Source: Malacoraja senta (taxonomy: Eukaryota). Taken from it: DNA of 64,000 nucleotides. The notes under the pieces are model-generated. The model worked only from the letters and a program-made list of their open reading frames with translations. It did no database searches and was not told the origin of the DNA. Positions 12,935 through 24,732 of the stretch are shown piece by piece (positions within the stretch are counted from its first letter, which is position 1; the number at the start of each line of letters is the position of its first letter). The position numbers and the translations under genes were made by a program. The stretch covers positions 2,234,001 through 2,298,000 of the forward strand of contig CM075990.1 in assembly GCA_038087875.1 (NCBI GenBank), given 5' to 3'.

Positions 12935-13700
12935 TCATAGATTCATAGAGTGATACAGTGTGGAAACAGGCCCTTTGGCCAAACTTGCCCAACGTGTCCC
13001 AGCTACACTAGTCCCACCTGCCCATGTTTTGCCCATATCCCTCCCAACCCGTCCCATCCAAGCACCTGTCCAACTGTTTCTTAAACGTTGAAAATAGTCC
13101 CTGCCTCAACTACCTCCTCTGGCACTCTGAAGAAGGGTTTCAACCCGAAACGTTGCCTATTTCCTTCGCTCCATAGATGCTGCCTCACCCGCCGAGTTTC
13201 TCTAAACATTTTTGTCTACCTCCTCTGGCAGCTCGTTCCATACACCTACCACCCTTTATTCCTCAGATTCTTATAAAATCTTTCCCCCTTCACCTTGAAC
13301 CTATGTCCTCTGCTTCTCGATTCACCTACTCTGAGCAAGAGACTCTGTGCGTCTACCCGATCTATTCCTCTCATGATTTTATACACCTTTATAAGATCAC
13401 CCCTCATCCTCCTGCGTTCCAAGGAATAGACAATAGACAATAGACAATAGGTACAGGAGTAGGCCATTCGACCCTTTGAGCCAGCACCGCCATTCACTGT
13501 GATCATGGCTGATCATCCACATTCAGTACCGCGTTCCTGCCTACTCAACCTCTCCCTATAGCTCAGGCCCTCGAGTTCTGTCAACATCCTCGTAAATCTT
13601 CTCTGTACCCTCTCCAGCTTGACAACATATTTCCTATAACATGGTGGCTAGAACTGAACACAAGACTTTAAATGCGGCCTCGCCAACGTCTTATACAACT
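12935..13700 (-). mobile_element. CR1/HER1 LINE fragment with nested Penelope-like (13125-13215) and CR1 (13430-13540) insertions
   Basis: Minus ORF shows YSLERRRMRGDLIKVYKIMRGIDRVD...RGHRFKVKG; the Penelope-like piece is flanked by the duplication CTACCTCCTCTGGCA (13110-13124, 13216-13230). Confidence 0.8.
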
Positions 13701-13895
13701 ACGGACATTGCCCAAGACAATGGCAGCCATGGTGGGACCTTGCTTGTCCAGGTGGTAAAAGAGCGGCTCATTATAATATATTCTCTCTTATTTTGTAAGT
13801 CAATGAGTTACGGACTTGGAGGGAGTCTAAATTGGCCATCATTGTATCCTGCACGTTGCTCAAAGATACCAAAAACTACTCAGCTGTCTTTTAAA

Positions 13896-13927
13896 ATGTA
13901 TAATGTTTCTGCATCTGATGAACTTTG
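13896..13927 (+). CDS. SORBS1: Candidate alternative first coding exon of SORBS1 (MYNVSASDEL + TG, phase 2)
   Basis: AAA-ATG start, 32 nt, strong donor TTG|GTGAGT, in a unique-sequence patch with TATAATATA at ~13774; phase compatible with the exon at 50542. No transcript support. Confidence 0.35.
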
Positions 13928-14064
13928 GTGAGTGAATGAGAGTATTTGGACCAAGAAGGAAATCTCAACTTAGTTAAATAGTAGTTTTAGTTTAGTTTGG
14001 TTTAGTTTAGAGATACAGCATGGAAACTGGTCCTTCGGCCCACCGAGTCCACACCGACCAGCGA

Positions 14065-14722
14065 TCCCCGCACACTAACACTAACCCACACACTAACACT
14101 GTCCCCACACACTAACACTGTCCCCACACCACTAACACTAACCCACACACTAACACTGTCCCCACACACTAACACTATCCCCACACACTAACACTGTCCC
14201 CACACACTAACACTAACCCACACACTAACACTAACCCACACACTAACACTATCCCCACACACTAACACTGTCCCCACACACTAACACTATCCCCACACAC
14301 TAACACTGTCCCCACACACTAACACTAACCCACACACTAACACTGTCCCCACACACTAACACTGTCCCCACACACTAACACTAACCCACACACTAACACT
14401 ATCCCCACACACTAACACTGTCCCCACACACTAACACTGTCCCCACACACTAACACTAACCCACACACTAACACTATCCCCACACACTAACACTGTCCCC
14501 ACACACTAACACTATCCCCACACACTAACACTATCCCCACACACTAACACTGTCCCACACACTAACACTGTCCCCACACACTAACACTAACCCACACACT
14601 AACACTGTCCCCACACACTAACACTAACCCACACACTAACACTGTCCCCACACACTAACACTGTCCCCACACACTAACACTGTCCCCACACACTAACACT
14701 GTCCCCACACACTAACACTAAC
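14065..14722. repeat. 18-19 bp minisatellite (CCCCACACACTAACACT[GT/AT/AA]) expanded inside a minus-strand V-SINE (13985-14850)
   Basis: The unit matches the SINE segment CCCCGCACACTAACACTAT; SINE sequence continues on both sides. Confidence 0.9.
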
Positions 14723-15077
14723 CTACATATACACCAGGGACATTTTAGAGCAAGCTGTCTCTGGAGTGTGGGAGGAAACCGAAGATCTCTGAGAAACCCG
14801 CGCGGATCACGGGGAGAACGTACAAACTCCACCGCTATACCACCGCGCTGGAGACTACGTTGGAAACGTAATTAGTTTGGTTTAAAACAGTTGTCAGTTC
14901 TGGTGGTGAATCAATATGCACGGGTGATTGTTGGTCAGCATGGACTCGATGGGCCGAAAGGCATGTTCTACACTTAATCTCCAAACTAAAAGATAAGTGT
15001 GTCAGGAGTTATTGGGAGAAGGCTGGACAATGGGGTTGAGAGGGAAAGATAGATCAGCCTTGAATGAATGGCGGAGT

Positions 15078-15368
15078 AATAATAATAATAATAATGGATG
15101 GGATTTATATAGCGCCTTTCTAATACTCAAGGCGCTTTACATCGCATTATTCATTCACTCCTCAGTCACACTCGGTGGTGGTGAGCTACTTCTGTAGCCA
15201 CAGCTGCCCTGGGGCAGACTGACGGAAGCGTGGCTGCTAATCTGCGCCTACGGCCCCTCCGACCACCACCAATCACTCACACACATTCACACACATTCAC
15301 ACGCAGGCAAAGGTGGGTGAAGTGTCTTGCCCAAGGACACAACGACAGTATGCACTCCAAGCGGGATT
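15078..15368 (-). mobile_element. CORE-type SINE with L2-like tail (truncated by gap)
   Basis: Minus strand has GTGTCCTTGGGCAAGACACTTCACCC (CORE-like) and the tail GTAAAGCGCCTTGAG...AAAGGCGCTATATAAAT...(ATT)n. Confidence 0.65.
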
Positions 15369-15568
15369 NNNNNNNNNNNNNNNNNNNNNNNNNNNNNNNN
15401 NNNNNNNNNNNNNNNNNNNNNNNNNNNNNNNNNNNNNNNNNNNNNNNNNNNNNNNNNNNNNNNNNNNNNNNNNNNNNNNNNNNNNNNNNNNNNNNNNNNN
15501 NNNNNNNNNNNNNNNNNNNNNNNNNNNNNNNNNNNNNNNNNNNNNNNNNNNNNNNNNNNNNNNNNNNN
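15369..15568. other. Assembly gap (200 N)
   Basis: Run of N; a fixed-size placeholder, so true length and contiguity are unknown. Confidence 0.99.
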
Positions 15569-15892
15569 TTACTGAATATCCCGCGGTCTAGGCATAAGCT
15601 CAGGGGCGACCGTGCCTTTGTGGTTGCAGCTCCTAGACTGTGGAACAGCATCCCTCTTCCCATCAGAACTGCCCCCTCCATCGACTCCTTTAAGTCAAGA
15701 CTTAAAAACTCATCTTTACTCTCAAGCCTTTCTTGACGTCCTCTGAGGGAGGACTATATGTATGTATTTATGTATGTACGTAATCTATGAACCACTGTTG
15801 TATAACATTAGTACCTCCACCAATGTAAAGCACTTTGGTCAACGAGAGTTGTTTTTTAAATGTGCTATAGAAATAAAAGTGACTTGACTTGA
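15569..15892 (+). mobile_element. L2-clade LINE 3' end
   Basis: LLNIPRSRHKLRGDRAFVVAAPRLWNSIPLPIRTAPSIDSFKSRLK is the typical L2 ORF2 end; 3' UTR TGTAAAGCACTTTG...TGTGCTATAGAAATAAA with (GACTT)n tail. Confidence 0.85.
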
Positions 15893-17994
15893 TCAAGCCA
15901 ACTTCACCATTCAATCATGGCTGATCTATCTCTCCCACCAAACCCCATTCTCCTGCTTTCTCCCCATAACATCTGACACCTGTACTAATCAAGAATCTAT
16001 CTGCCTTTTTCACACAAAAGATGGTGGGTATATAGAACAAGCCGCCAGTCGAGGCTGAGACTATCCCATAGTTTAAGAAACCGTTAGACAGGTACATGGA
16101 TAGGACAGGTTTAGAGGGATATGGACCAAGCGCAGGCAGTGGGACTAGTGTAGCTGGAACAATGTTGGCCGGTATGGGCAAGTCGGGCCGAAGGGCCTAT
16201 TACCACACTCTTATCACTCTATGAATCTATGACTTCATAAAAATATCCATTGACAGCCTCCACAGCCTTCTGTGGCATAGAATCCCACAGATTCACCACC
16301 CTCTAACTAAAGAAACTTCTCCTAATCGCCTTCCTAAAAGAACGTCCTTTAAGTCCGAGGCTATGACCTCTAGTCCTAGACTCTCTCCACTAACGGAAGC
16401 ATCCTCTCCACATCCACTCAAAGAAACATCTTTGATATATTGTTGAACAGCCACTGCTGTTAGTCAAGAGTGAATGGTCTCCAATAAAAGATGTTTTGAT
16501 GTTTGCTGTTTGCTCTTTGAAATTGGAATCATAAAGCAAAGAATCTGCTGTTAGTAGTGCTAAAGAGGTGGCGCTCGGCAGTGTTGGGGGAGTGTGGCAC
16601 TGTCAGTGGTGGCAGGGTGGCACAGCGGTAGAGGTACTGCCTCACAGCACCAGAGACCCGGGTTCGATCCTGCATACGGGTGCTGTCTGTACGGAGTTTG
16701 TATGTTCTCCCTGGGTTCGGCGTGGGTTTTCGCCGGTGCTGCGTTTCCTCCCACATCAAAAAGCGGTACTTGTTTGTAGGTTAATTGGCTTCACTAAATT
16801 GTCCCTAGAAAGACAGAACTAGTTTAGTTTAGTTTAGAGATGCAGTGTGGAAACAGGACCTTCGGCCCACTGAGTCCGCCCCGACCAGTGATCCCCGCAT
16901 ATTAATGCTATCCCAGACACACTAGAGACAATTTACAATTATACCAAACCAATTAACCTACAGACCTGTACGTCGTTGGAGTGTGGGAGGAAACCGGAGC
17001 ACCCGGAGAAAACCCACCAGGTCACGGGGAGAATGTACGAACACCATGCAGACAAGCACTAGTTAAGGGGAATCGCTGGTCGTCGCTGACTCGGTGGGCC
17101 AAAGGCCATGTTTCCATGTATCTCTAAAATGGAAAAACAATGAGGTTAGACACAGTGGTGCAGCGGTCGAGTTGCTGCCTCCAAAGACCCAGAGACCCAG
17201 GCTCGATCCTGACTACAGGTTTAATTTACTTTGATCTATTGTCGCGAGTACCAAGGTACAGTGAAAAGATTTTGCTGTGTGTTTAAGAAGGAACTGCAGA
17301 TGCTGGAAAATCGAAGGTAGACAAAAGTGCTGGAGAAACTCAGCGGGTGCAGCAGCATCTATGGAGCGAAGGAAATAGGCAACGTTTCGGCGCGAACCCT
17401 TCTTCAGACCCTTCTTTTGCTGCGTGACGGGTGCTGTCTGTGCGGAGTTTGTACGTTCTCCCTGTGACTGCGTGGGGTTTCTCCGGGTGCTCCGGTTTCC
17501 TCCCCCATCCTAAAGATGCGTGGGTTTGTAGGATAATTGACTCCTGTAAATTGCCCAGTGTGTAGGGGGTGGATGGAAAAGCGGGATAACATAGAACTGG
17601 AGTATGAGATCGATGGTCGACGTGGACTCGGAGGGCCGAAGGGCCTGTTTCCACACTATCTCTAAACTAAACTGAGGCAGGGAAGTTGCATCTGGACTGC
17701 CATTGCCTCATTGTTTTGTGCTGGGGGTCTTCCTGTGTGCGGATAAGTTGTTAAACTTATAATAACTTAAATATGTTGTTAAAAAAATCACATCTAAGAC
17801 TTGCTGAATGAGCACTGTAGGCAAAATAGCCTGTACACTGCCTCTTTCCCCAAAGTTCATTTCTGATCCTACACTTGGTTTTAACTCTGAACAGACCAGC
17901 ATGGTGGGGGCTTATTTTGTGAGTTGTGGCCGTCAATGGATAGCAGATGTTTAGCTGTGTGATGCCGTACTGTATTGTGTGGTGCTGTTAGTTA

Positions 17995-18486
17995 AGGGCC
18001 TGTCCCTTAACTAGCAGCCACAGAAAGTAGTTGACGCCAGTTCATTGGCTATATTTAAGAGGGAATTAGATGTGGCCCTTGTGCTAGAGGGATCAGGGGG
18101 TATGGAGAGAAGGCAGGTACAGGATACAGATTGGGGATGATCAGCCATGATCACATTGAATGGCGGTGCAGGCTCGAAGGGCCAAATGGCCTACTCCTGC
18201 ACCTATTTTCTATGTTTCTATGTCCCACTTACGCGATTTTTTTCAGCGACTGCCAGCACCCGTCATATTCGCAGCAGGTCGCCGAAAATGTTCAACATGT
18301 TGAAAATCCAGCGGGGACCAGAAAAAGGTACGGCTCTTTGGGCGACTACTCACGACCATACAGGCGTCACGTGTCGACGTGTTGCGGGGTATCGCCTGTG
18401 GTCGCCCAGGAGTCGTACCTTTTTCTGGTCGCCACTGGATTTCAAAATGGTCGCCGAAAAAAAATCGCGTAAGTGGGACAGGCCCT
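17995..18486. mobile_element. Harbinger-like MITE with a CR1 3' fragment (18007-18220) inserted in its left TIR
   Basis: TTA TSD (17992-17994, 18487-18489); TIR AGGGCCTGTCCC|ACTTACGCG ... CGCGTAAGTGGGACAGGCCCT; CR1 piece flanked by TGTCCC duplication (18001-18006, 18221-18226). Confidence 0.85.
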
Positions 18487-19009
18487 TTATATGTGACCAT
18501 GCAAACTCTGCTAACAATTTTGCCACTCTGTGTGGGGTCCCTGGTGATGGAACGGTTAATATGTCACAAAGTGCTGGGGGAACTCAGCGGGTCAGGCGGC
18601 ATCTGTGGAGAACATGGTTACATTCGTTTTGATGAGAGATACAGCGTGGAATGAACCAGGCCCTTCGGCCCACCGAGTCTGTGCTGACCATTGATCGCCC
18701 ATTCACACTCGTTCCATGTTGTCCCAGTTTCGCCTCATACACACCAGCAGCAATGTACAGAAGCCAATTAACCGACAGACATGCACATCTTTGGAACGTG
18801 GGAGGAAACCGGAGCACCCGGAGAAAACCCACACAGTCACAGGGAGAACGTACAAACATTTACAGACAGCACCGGTTGTCAGGATTGGATTTGGGTCTCT
18901 GACGCTGTAAGGCAGCAACCCTACCGCTGCGCCACCGTGCCTGGATTGGTAATCCTAGAGCCTGGTCTCATGAGCCAGAGGCCAGAGTTCAATTCCCACA
19001 ACCGCGCCT

Positions 19010-19376
19010 GAGTTCATATAAGATTGTTAAGGGTTTGGACACGCCAGAGGCAGGAAACATGTTCCCGATGTTGGGGGAGTCCAGAACCAGGGCCACAGTT
19101 TAAGAGTAAGGAGTAAGTCATTTAGAACGGAGAACGAGGAAACACTTTTTCTCACAGAGAGTGGTGAGTCTGTGGAATTCTCTGCCTCAGAGGGCGGTGG
19201 TAGCAGGTTCTCTGGATGCTATCTTGAGAGAGCTAGATAGGACTTAAAAATAGCAGAGTCTGGGGATATGGGAGAAGGCAGGAACGGGGTACTGATTGGG
19301 GATGATCAGCCATGATCACATTGAAGGGCCAATTGGCCTACTCCTGCACCTATTATCTATTGTCTATTGTCTATTG
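19010..19376 (+). mobile_element. CR1 3' fragment, (CTATTGT)n-tail subfamily
   Basis: Closely similar to 33619-34083 and 58612-59299. Confidence 0.85.
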
Positions 19377-19409
19377 TTTTGCCGAATACTTGCGCTCGGG
19401 TCCGCCAAG

Positions 19410-20010
19410 GCCCGCTGAATCTCCCGGTTGCTCATCATTTCAACTCCTCTTCCCATTCCCACACAGACCTTTCTGTCCTGGGCCTCCTCCATTGTCAGGG
19501 TGAGGCCACACGCAAACTGGCAGAACAACCCCTCATATTCCACTAGGGCAGCTTACAACCCAGCGTTATGAACATTGAATTCTCCATTAAAGTAACTCTA
19601 TAACCCTCTCCCTCTCCCTTCTTTCCACATATAACCCGCCTTCTCCCGCCAAACCCACCTCTCCCCTCTACCCCAACTGGACTAACACAAATTTCCCCTC
19701 TTCCCCTCACCTTCCACCTACATGCCTTCCTCTCGCTTTTTGCAATTCGCAACTCGCTACTCTTCAATCCTGTTGTCTCACACCTTGCGTCTCTTTAACT
19801 CTGGGCTTTGAACAACAATCTACTTATCAAAAAACCTTCTTCTCCTGTGTCAACCTATTACCTGCCATGATTTGCCTTACCCCTCCTCTCTTCCACCTTT
19901 CTCTACCCCCCTTTCCCCCCCCCCGCCACCCGCCACAATCAGTCTGAAGAAGGATCCCGACCCGAATCCTTGTTCTCTGGCCTGCTGTGTTACTCCAGCA
20001 CTTTGTGTCT
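19410..20010 (+). mobile_element. Degenerate Penelope-like element 3' fragment
   Basis: GIY-YIG C-terminal remnant (LPVAHHF...HSHTDLSVLGLLHCQ), pyrimidine-rich UTR, degenerate CTGAAGA...GAA motif at ~19943. Confidence 0.7.
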
Positions 20011-20807
20011 TATCTTCTGAGCAATATAAAGTCAGTTATTAATACCCAGTTGAAAACAGAAATCACTAACCATTAGTAATGATGAGCAGAAAATAACAGG
20101 ACTGTCAGAGACACTGATGCCTATCTGAGAAGAATCTGCTGCCGTTAGTTTAGTTTGGTTTAATTTAGCCTAGTTCAGTTTAGTTTATTGTCACATGTAC
20201 CGATGTACAGTGAAAAGCTTCTGTTGCGTGCTAACCAGTCAGCGGAAAGACAATACATGATCACAATGGAGCGCTCACAGTGTACAGATAATTGTTCCGT
20301 TTTGGACAGATGATGATAAAACACTCTTGACTCTCTCTCTTGACGAATGGCTTCTCATTCCAGGCATTCCTATGTGTACGTGTAGGTTGGTTGATAAAGT
20401 TCCCTTCCAAGTGTGAACATTGTTACACTGGGGGTTCAGTCTGATTTGTGGCTCAGCGTGTCGTGAACTTTGGCCGGTAACACAAGTAAGAAAGTGTCCT
20501 TAATCCCGAGAGGGATCTCGTAAATGACGCCCCTCGCCGTAAATTCCAGGCGGGAGACGCGCGCGCTAGCAGCTGAGGCTCGAATTTCGTTGCTGTTAGC
20601 TGAGACGATCTCTCCGTCTGCCCATGAATTCCAAGGCCGTGACACCGGCTCCGACCTGCGAGATTCCCGCTCTGGAAGCATTGCTCATGGATGGACAGAT
20701 TTTGTTTAGCTTAGTTAGTTTAGAGAGACAGCGAGGAAAACAGGCTCTTCGGCCCATCGAGTCCAGTGATTCCCAGACACTAACACTACCCCACACACAC
20801 TGGGGAC

Positions 20808-20945
20808 TTCTTCTTCTTGCGTATGGCGTGCGCAGCCTAAAGTTGTAAGACAACTTGTTCTGTTTGATCTTCTGTTTGTGCACGCCAGGTTGATTGCATT
20901 TGTTGAAGCAGGGTGGACCACGTGAAGGTTGCAATCTCCCACCCC
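20808..20945 (-). mobile_element. 138-bp non-autonomous retroelement (ingi/Vingi- or RTE-like SINE) with 5' HDV-like ribozyme, inserted in a V-SINE
   Basis: 11-bp TSD ACACTGGGGAC (20797-20807, 20946-20956); 3' end ...CGCCATACGC(AAG)n; 5' end coincides with ribozyme G1. Confidence 0.8.
20892..20945 (-). ncRNA. HDV/CPEB3-like self-cleaving ribozyme fold (minimal, P4 essentially absent)
   Basis: GGGGUGG-GA-GAUUGCA-ACC-UUCACGU-GGU-CCACCCU-G-CUUCAA-CAAA-UGCAAUC: P1 7 bp with G1-U wobble, P2 7 bp, P3 3 bp, L3 UUCACGU, J4/2 C-A-A-A. Confidence 0.8.
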
Positions 20946-21564
20946 ACACTGGGGACAATTTACATTTATACCAATCCAATTAGCCTACAAACCTGCACGT
21001 CTTTGGAGTGCGGGAGGAAACTGATGATCTTGGAGAAAACCCATTCAGGTCACGGGGAGAATGTACAAACTCCGTACAGACAGCACCCGTAGTCAGGATC
21101 GAACCCGGGTCTCAGGTGCTGTGAGGCAGCAACTCTACCGCTGCACCACTGTACTGGCCGGGCGACGATGGAGAAGGAAAACTCATCTCCACATACCTCG
21201 ATTCCATACTATCCCCCCCCCACCCTCCCGTCAAGTCCCTTCTGAACTCGAGTCCGACAAAGGGCCCCGACCCGAAACGGCACCACGTTCTCCAGTGATG
21301 CTGCCTGACGCGCTGAGTTGCTCCAGCATTTTGTGTCTTCTCTTGGTAAATCAGCACCTGCAGATCCTTGCTTCTAAAAGGCAGACGCTGCTTCCATGGG
21401 CAGCTTCTATTGATAAGTGGTCTAGATCAGCTCGGAAGTGGAGCTTTGAAACTCTTCCTCGCTGAAGTAAACTCATTTGTAACCAGAAATAGTCAATGTC
21501 ATTTATCTATTCTCACATTTCAAATCAGTTGATTAGCACTCACACAAATGTAATTCACTGTGGC

Positions 21565-21866
21565 TACGGTGGAGCAGCGGTAGAGTTGCTGCCTTACAGC
21601 GCTTGCAGACCCAGAGATCCGGGTTCGATCCCGACTACGGGTGTTGTCTTTACAGAGTTTGTACGTTCTTCCCCGTGACCGCGTGGGTTTTCTCCAAGAT
21701 CTCCGGATTCCTCCCACACTCCAAAGATGTGCAGGTTTGTAGGTTAAATGGCTTGGTGTATGTGTTGATTGTCCCTAGTGTTAGTGTGCGGAGATCGCTG
21801 GTCGGTACGGACTCGGTGGGCCGAAGGGCCTGTTTCCGCGCTGTAGCTCTAAACTGAAACTAAACT
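21565..21866 (+). mobile_element. V-SINE (HE1-like), near full length
   Basis: A box TGGAGCAGCGG, B box GGTTCGATCCC, V domain, (CTAAA)n tail. Confidence 0.9.
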
Positions 21867-21919
21867 ACAGATATAATCTCCGATATGATGATCACGATTG
21901 GTAATTGCAATTGATACAG

Positions 21920-22625
21920 ATACATAGACGGTAGGTGCAGGAGTAGGCCATTCGGCTCGGCCCCTCGAGCCAGCACTGCCATTCAATGTGATCATGGCTG
22001 ATCATCCACAATCAGTACCCCGTTCCTGCCTTCTCCCCATATCGCTTGATTCCGCTAGCCCTAAGAGCTCTATCTAACTCTCTATTGAATACATCCAGTG
22101 AATCGCCCTCAGCTGCCTTCTGAGGCAGAGAATTCCACAAATTCACAACTCTCTGGGTGAAAACGTTTTTCCTCATCTAAATGGCCTACCCCCTTATTCC
22201 TAAACTGTGCCCCCTGGTTCTGGGCTCACCCAACATCGGAAACATGTTTCCTGCATCTTGGGTGTCCAATCCCTTAATAATCTTATATGTTTCTATAAGA
22301 TACCCTCTCATTCGTCTAAATTCCAGTGAATACAATAGACAATAGGTGCAGGAGTAGGCCATTCGGCCCTTCGACCCAGCACCGCCATTTAATGTGATCA
22401 TGGCTGATCATCCCCAATCAGTACCCGTTCCCTGCCTTCCCCATATCCCTGACTCCGCTATTTTTAAGAGCCCTATCTAGCTCACTCTTGAAAGTATCCA
22501 GAGAACCTGCCTCCACCGCCCTCTGAGGCAGAGCCCAATCGCTCCATTCTTTCGTCATATGACAGTCCGCCATCCTGGGAATTAACCTGGTGAACTCCCT
22601 CAATAGCAAGAATGTCCTTCCTCAA
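21920..22625 (-). mobile_element. Two adjacent CR1 3' fragments
   Basis: Minus ORFs LYSLEFRRMRGYLIETYKIIKGLD...RGHSL; the CR1 3' UTR is present twice. Confidence 0.85.
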
Positions 22626-23824
22626 ATGTGTAAACCTTTTTTCCAGAATGACCTTGACATTGACAGGATTAGAGCAGAAGCAAAGAGCTACAGATGCTGT
22701 TTTGCACCAAAGATAGATGCAAGGCGCTGGAGTAACTCAGTGGATAAGGCAGCATGTGTTGGAAGGAGTTGCAGATGCTGCAAGTTGCCCAAGCGAAATA
22801 TGAGGTGCTGTTCCCCCAATTTTTGTGTGGCCTCACTCTGACAGTGGAGGAGGCCCAGGACAGAAAGGTCAGTGTGGGAATGGGAGGGGGAGGTGAAATG
22901 GTTGGCAACTGCGAGATCCCATAGGCCTAGGCCTACAATGCTATCCAAAATGCTCTCCCACTGACTCATTACCCATTGACCCAGTACCACCCCTTTCCTG
23001 GTCGATCTGCCTACTTCCCAATTTAGAAAGTTCTTCGGGGGGGGAGGGGTTAACAAACGGAGGAGCCGGCCTGCTTTGTAACTTTGTCAGAGCTGTAGGT
23101 GGCTGCTATTTGTGTACGCAGCAAAGAATCTCACTGTGCCTGGTCACAGGTGACAATAAAGTATTCCTTCCTTCCTTCCTTCCTACTCCCTCTATTTCTC
23201 TTAGTTGAAAGACGGAGACCGGAAACAGGCCCTTCAGCCCACCTTGTCCCCGCTGACTATCGATCACCAGTCCGCACTAGTTCTATGTTATCCCACTTTC
23301 CCATCCACTTCCATTGAACACACTAGTGAACGGGGTATTTACAGGAACATTTACAGACGGCTAATTAACCTGTGCGTCTTTGGGATGTGGGAGTAAACCG
23401 GAGCACCCACCCGGTCACAGGGGGAACGTGCAAACTCTGCACAGACAGCACCCCGGGTCGGGATCGAACCGCAGACCCTGGCGCTGTGAGGCAGCGGGTC
23501 TAGTAGCTGTGCCACTGTGCCACCCACATCATCAATGCTGCCTCTTATTATCAGTGTTGCCCCATCATCCACTTCCACACTGCCTGCCCTGCCTTTGGTT
23601 TGTGGAGGTACAACGTAACTAATTTAATTTAGTTTACTCTAGAAATACAGTGCCGGAACAGGCCCTTCGGCCCACTGAGTCCGCGCCGACCCGCGATCCC
23701 CGCACACTAACACCATTTGGCACAATCTTTACTGAAGCCAATTGACCTATAAGCCTGTACGTATTTGGAGTGTGGGAGGAAACCGGAGCACCTGGTGAAA
23801 ACCCACGAGGGTCACGGGGAGAAC

Positions 23825-24547
23825 CTACCTGGGTGTCATGGTACACCAGTCATTGAAAGTAGGCATGCAGGTGCAGCAGGCAGTGAAGAAAGCCAATGGT
23901 ATGTTAGCATTCATAGCAAAAGGATTTGAGTATAGGAGCAGGGAGGTTCCACTGCAGTTGTACAGGGTCTTGGTGAGACCACACCTGGAGTATTGCGTAC
24001 AGTTTGGGTCTCCAAATCTGAGGAAAGACATTCTTGCCATAGAGGGAGTACAGAGAAGGTTCACCAGACTGATTCCTGGGATGTCAGGACTTTCATATGA
24101 AGAAAGACTGGATAGACTCGGCTTGTACTCGTAGGATTTAGGAGATTGAGGGGGATCTTATAGAAACTTTAAAAATTCTTAAGGGGTTGGACAGGCTAGA
24201 TGCAGGCAGATTGTTCCCGATGTTGGGGAAGTCCAGGACAAGGGGTCACAGCTTAAGGATAGAGGGGAAATCCTTTAGGACCGAGATGAGAACAACTTTT
24301 TTCACACAGAGAGTGGTGAATCTCTGGAACTCTCTGCCATAGAAGGTAGTTGAGGCCAGTTCATTGGCTATATTTAAGAGGAGCTAGATGTGGCCCCTTG
24401 TGGCTAAAGGGATCGGGGGTATGGAGAGAACGCAGGTACGGGATACTGAGTTGGATGATCAGCCATGATCGTATTGAATGGCGGTGCAGGCTCGAAGGGC
24501 CGAATGGCCTACTCCTACACCTGTCTTCTATGTTTCTATGTTTCTAT
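23825..24547 (+). mobile_element. Young CR1 3' fragment, (TTTCTATG)n-tail subfamily, inserted in a minus-strand V-SINE (23625-24650)
   Basis: ORF VHQSLKVGMQVQQAVKKANGMLAFI...LVRPHLEYCVQF; the SINE reads GGGGAGAAC|GTACAAACTCC across the insertion, with no TSD. Confidence 0.9.
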
Positions 24548-24732
24548 GTACAAACTCCGTAGATACAGCACCTGGAGTCAGGATTGAACCCGGGTCTCTG
24601 GCGCTGTGAGGCAGCAACTCTACCGCTGCGGCATCGTACCGCCCTGTTCTTAATCTCGACCCGTTGCGTTTAAATTGCGTTCCATTCTTCGCAAGACATC
24701 ACACTGTTCATTGTTCGCTCCAGTCCACACAG

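Noticed and set aside
14065..14722. CRISPR-like or telomeric array
   Set aside because: Units are contiguous with no unique spacers, no cas genes are present, and there is no tandem TTAGGG; the unit derives from the host SINE.
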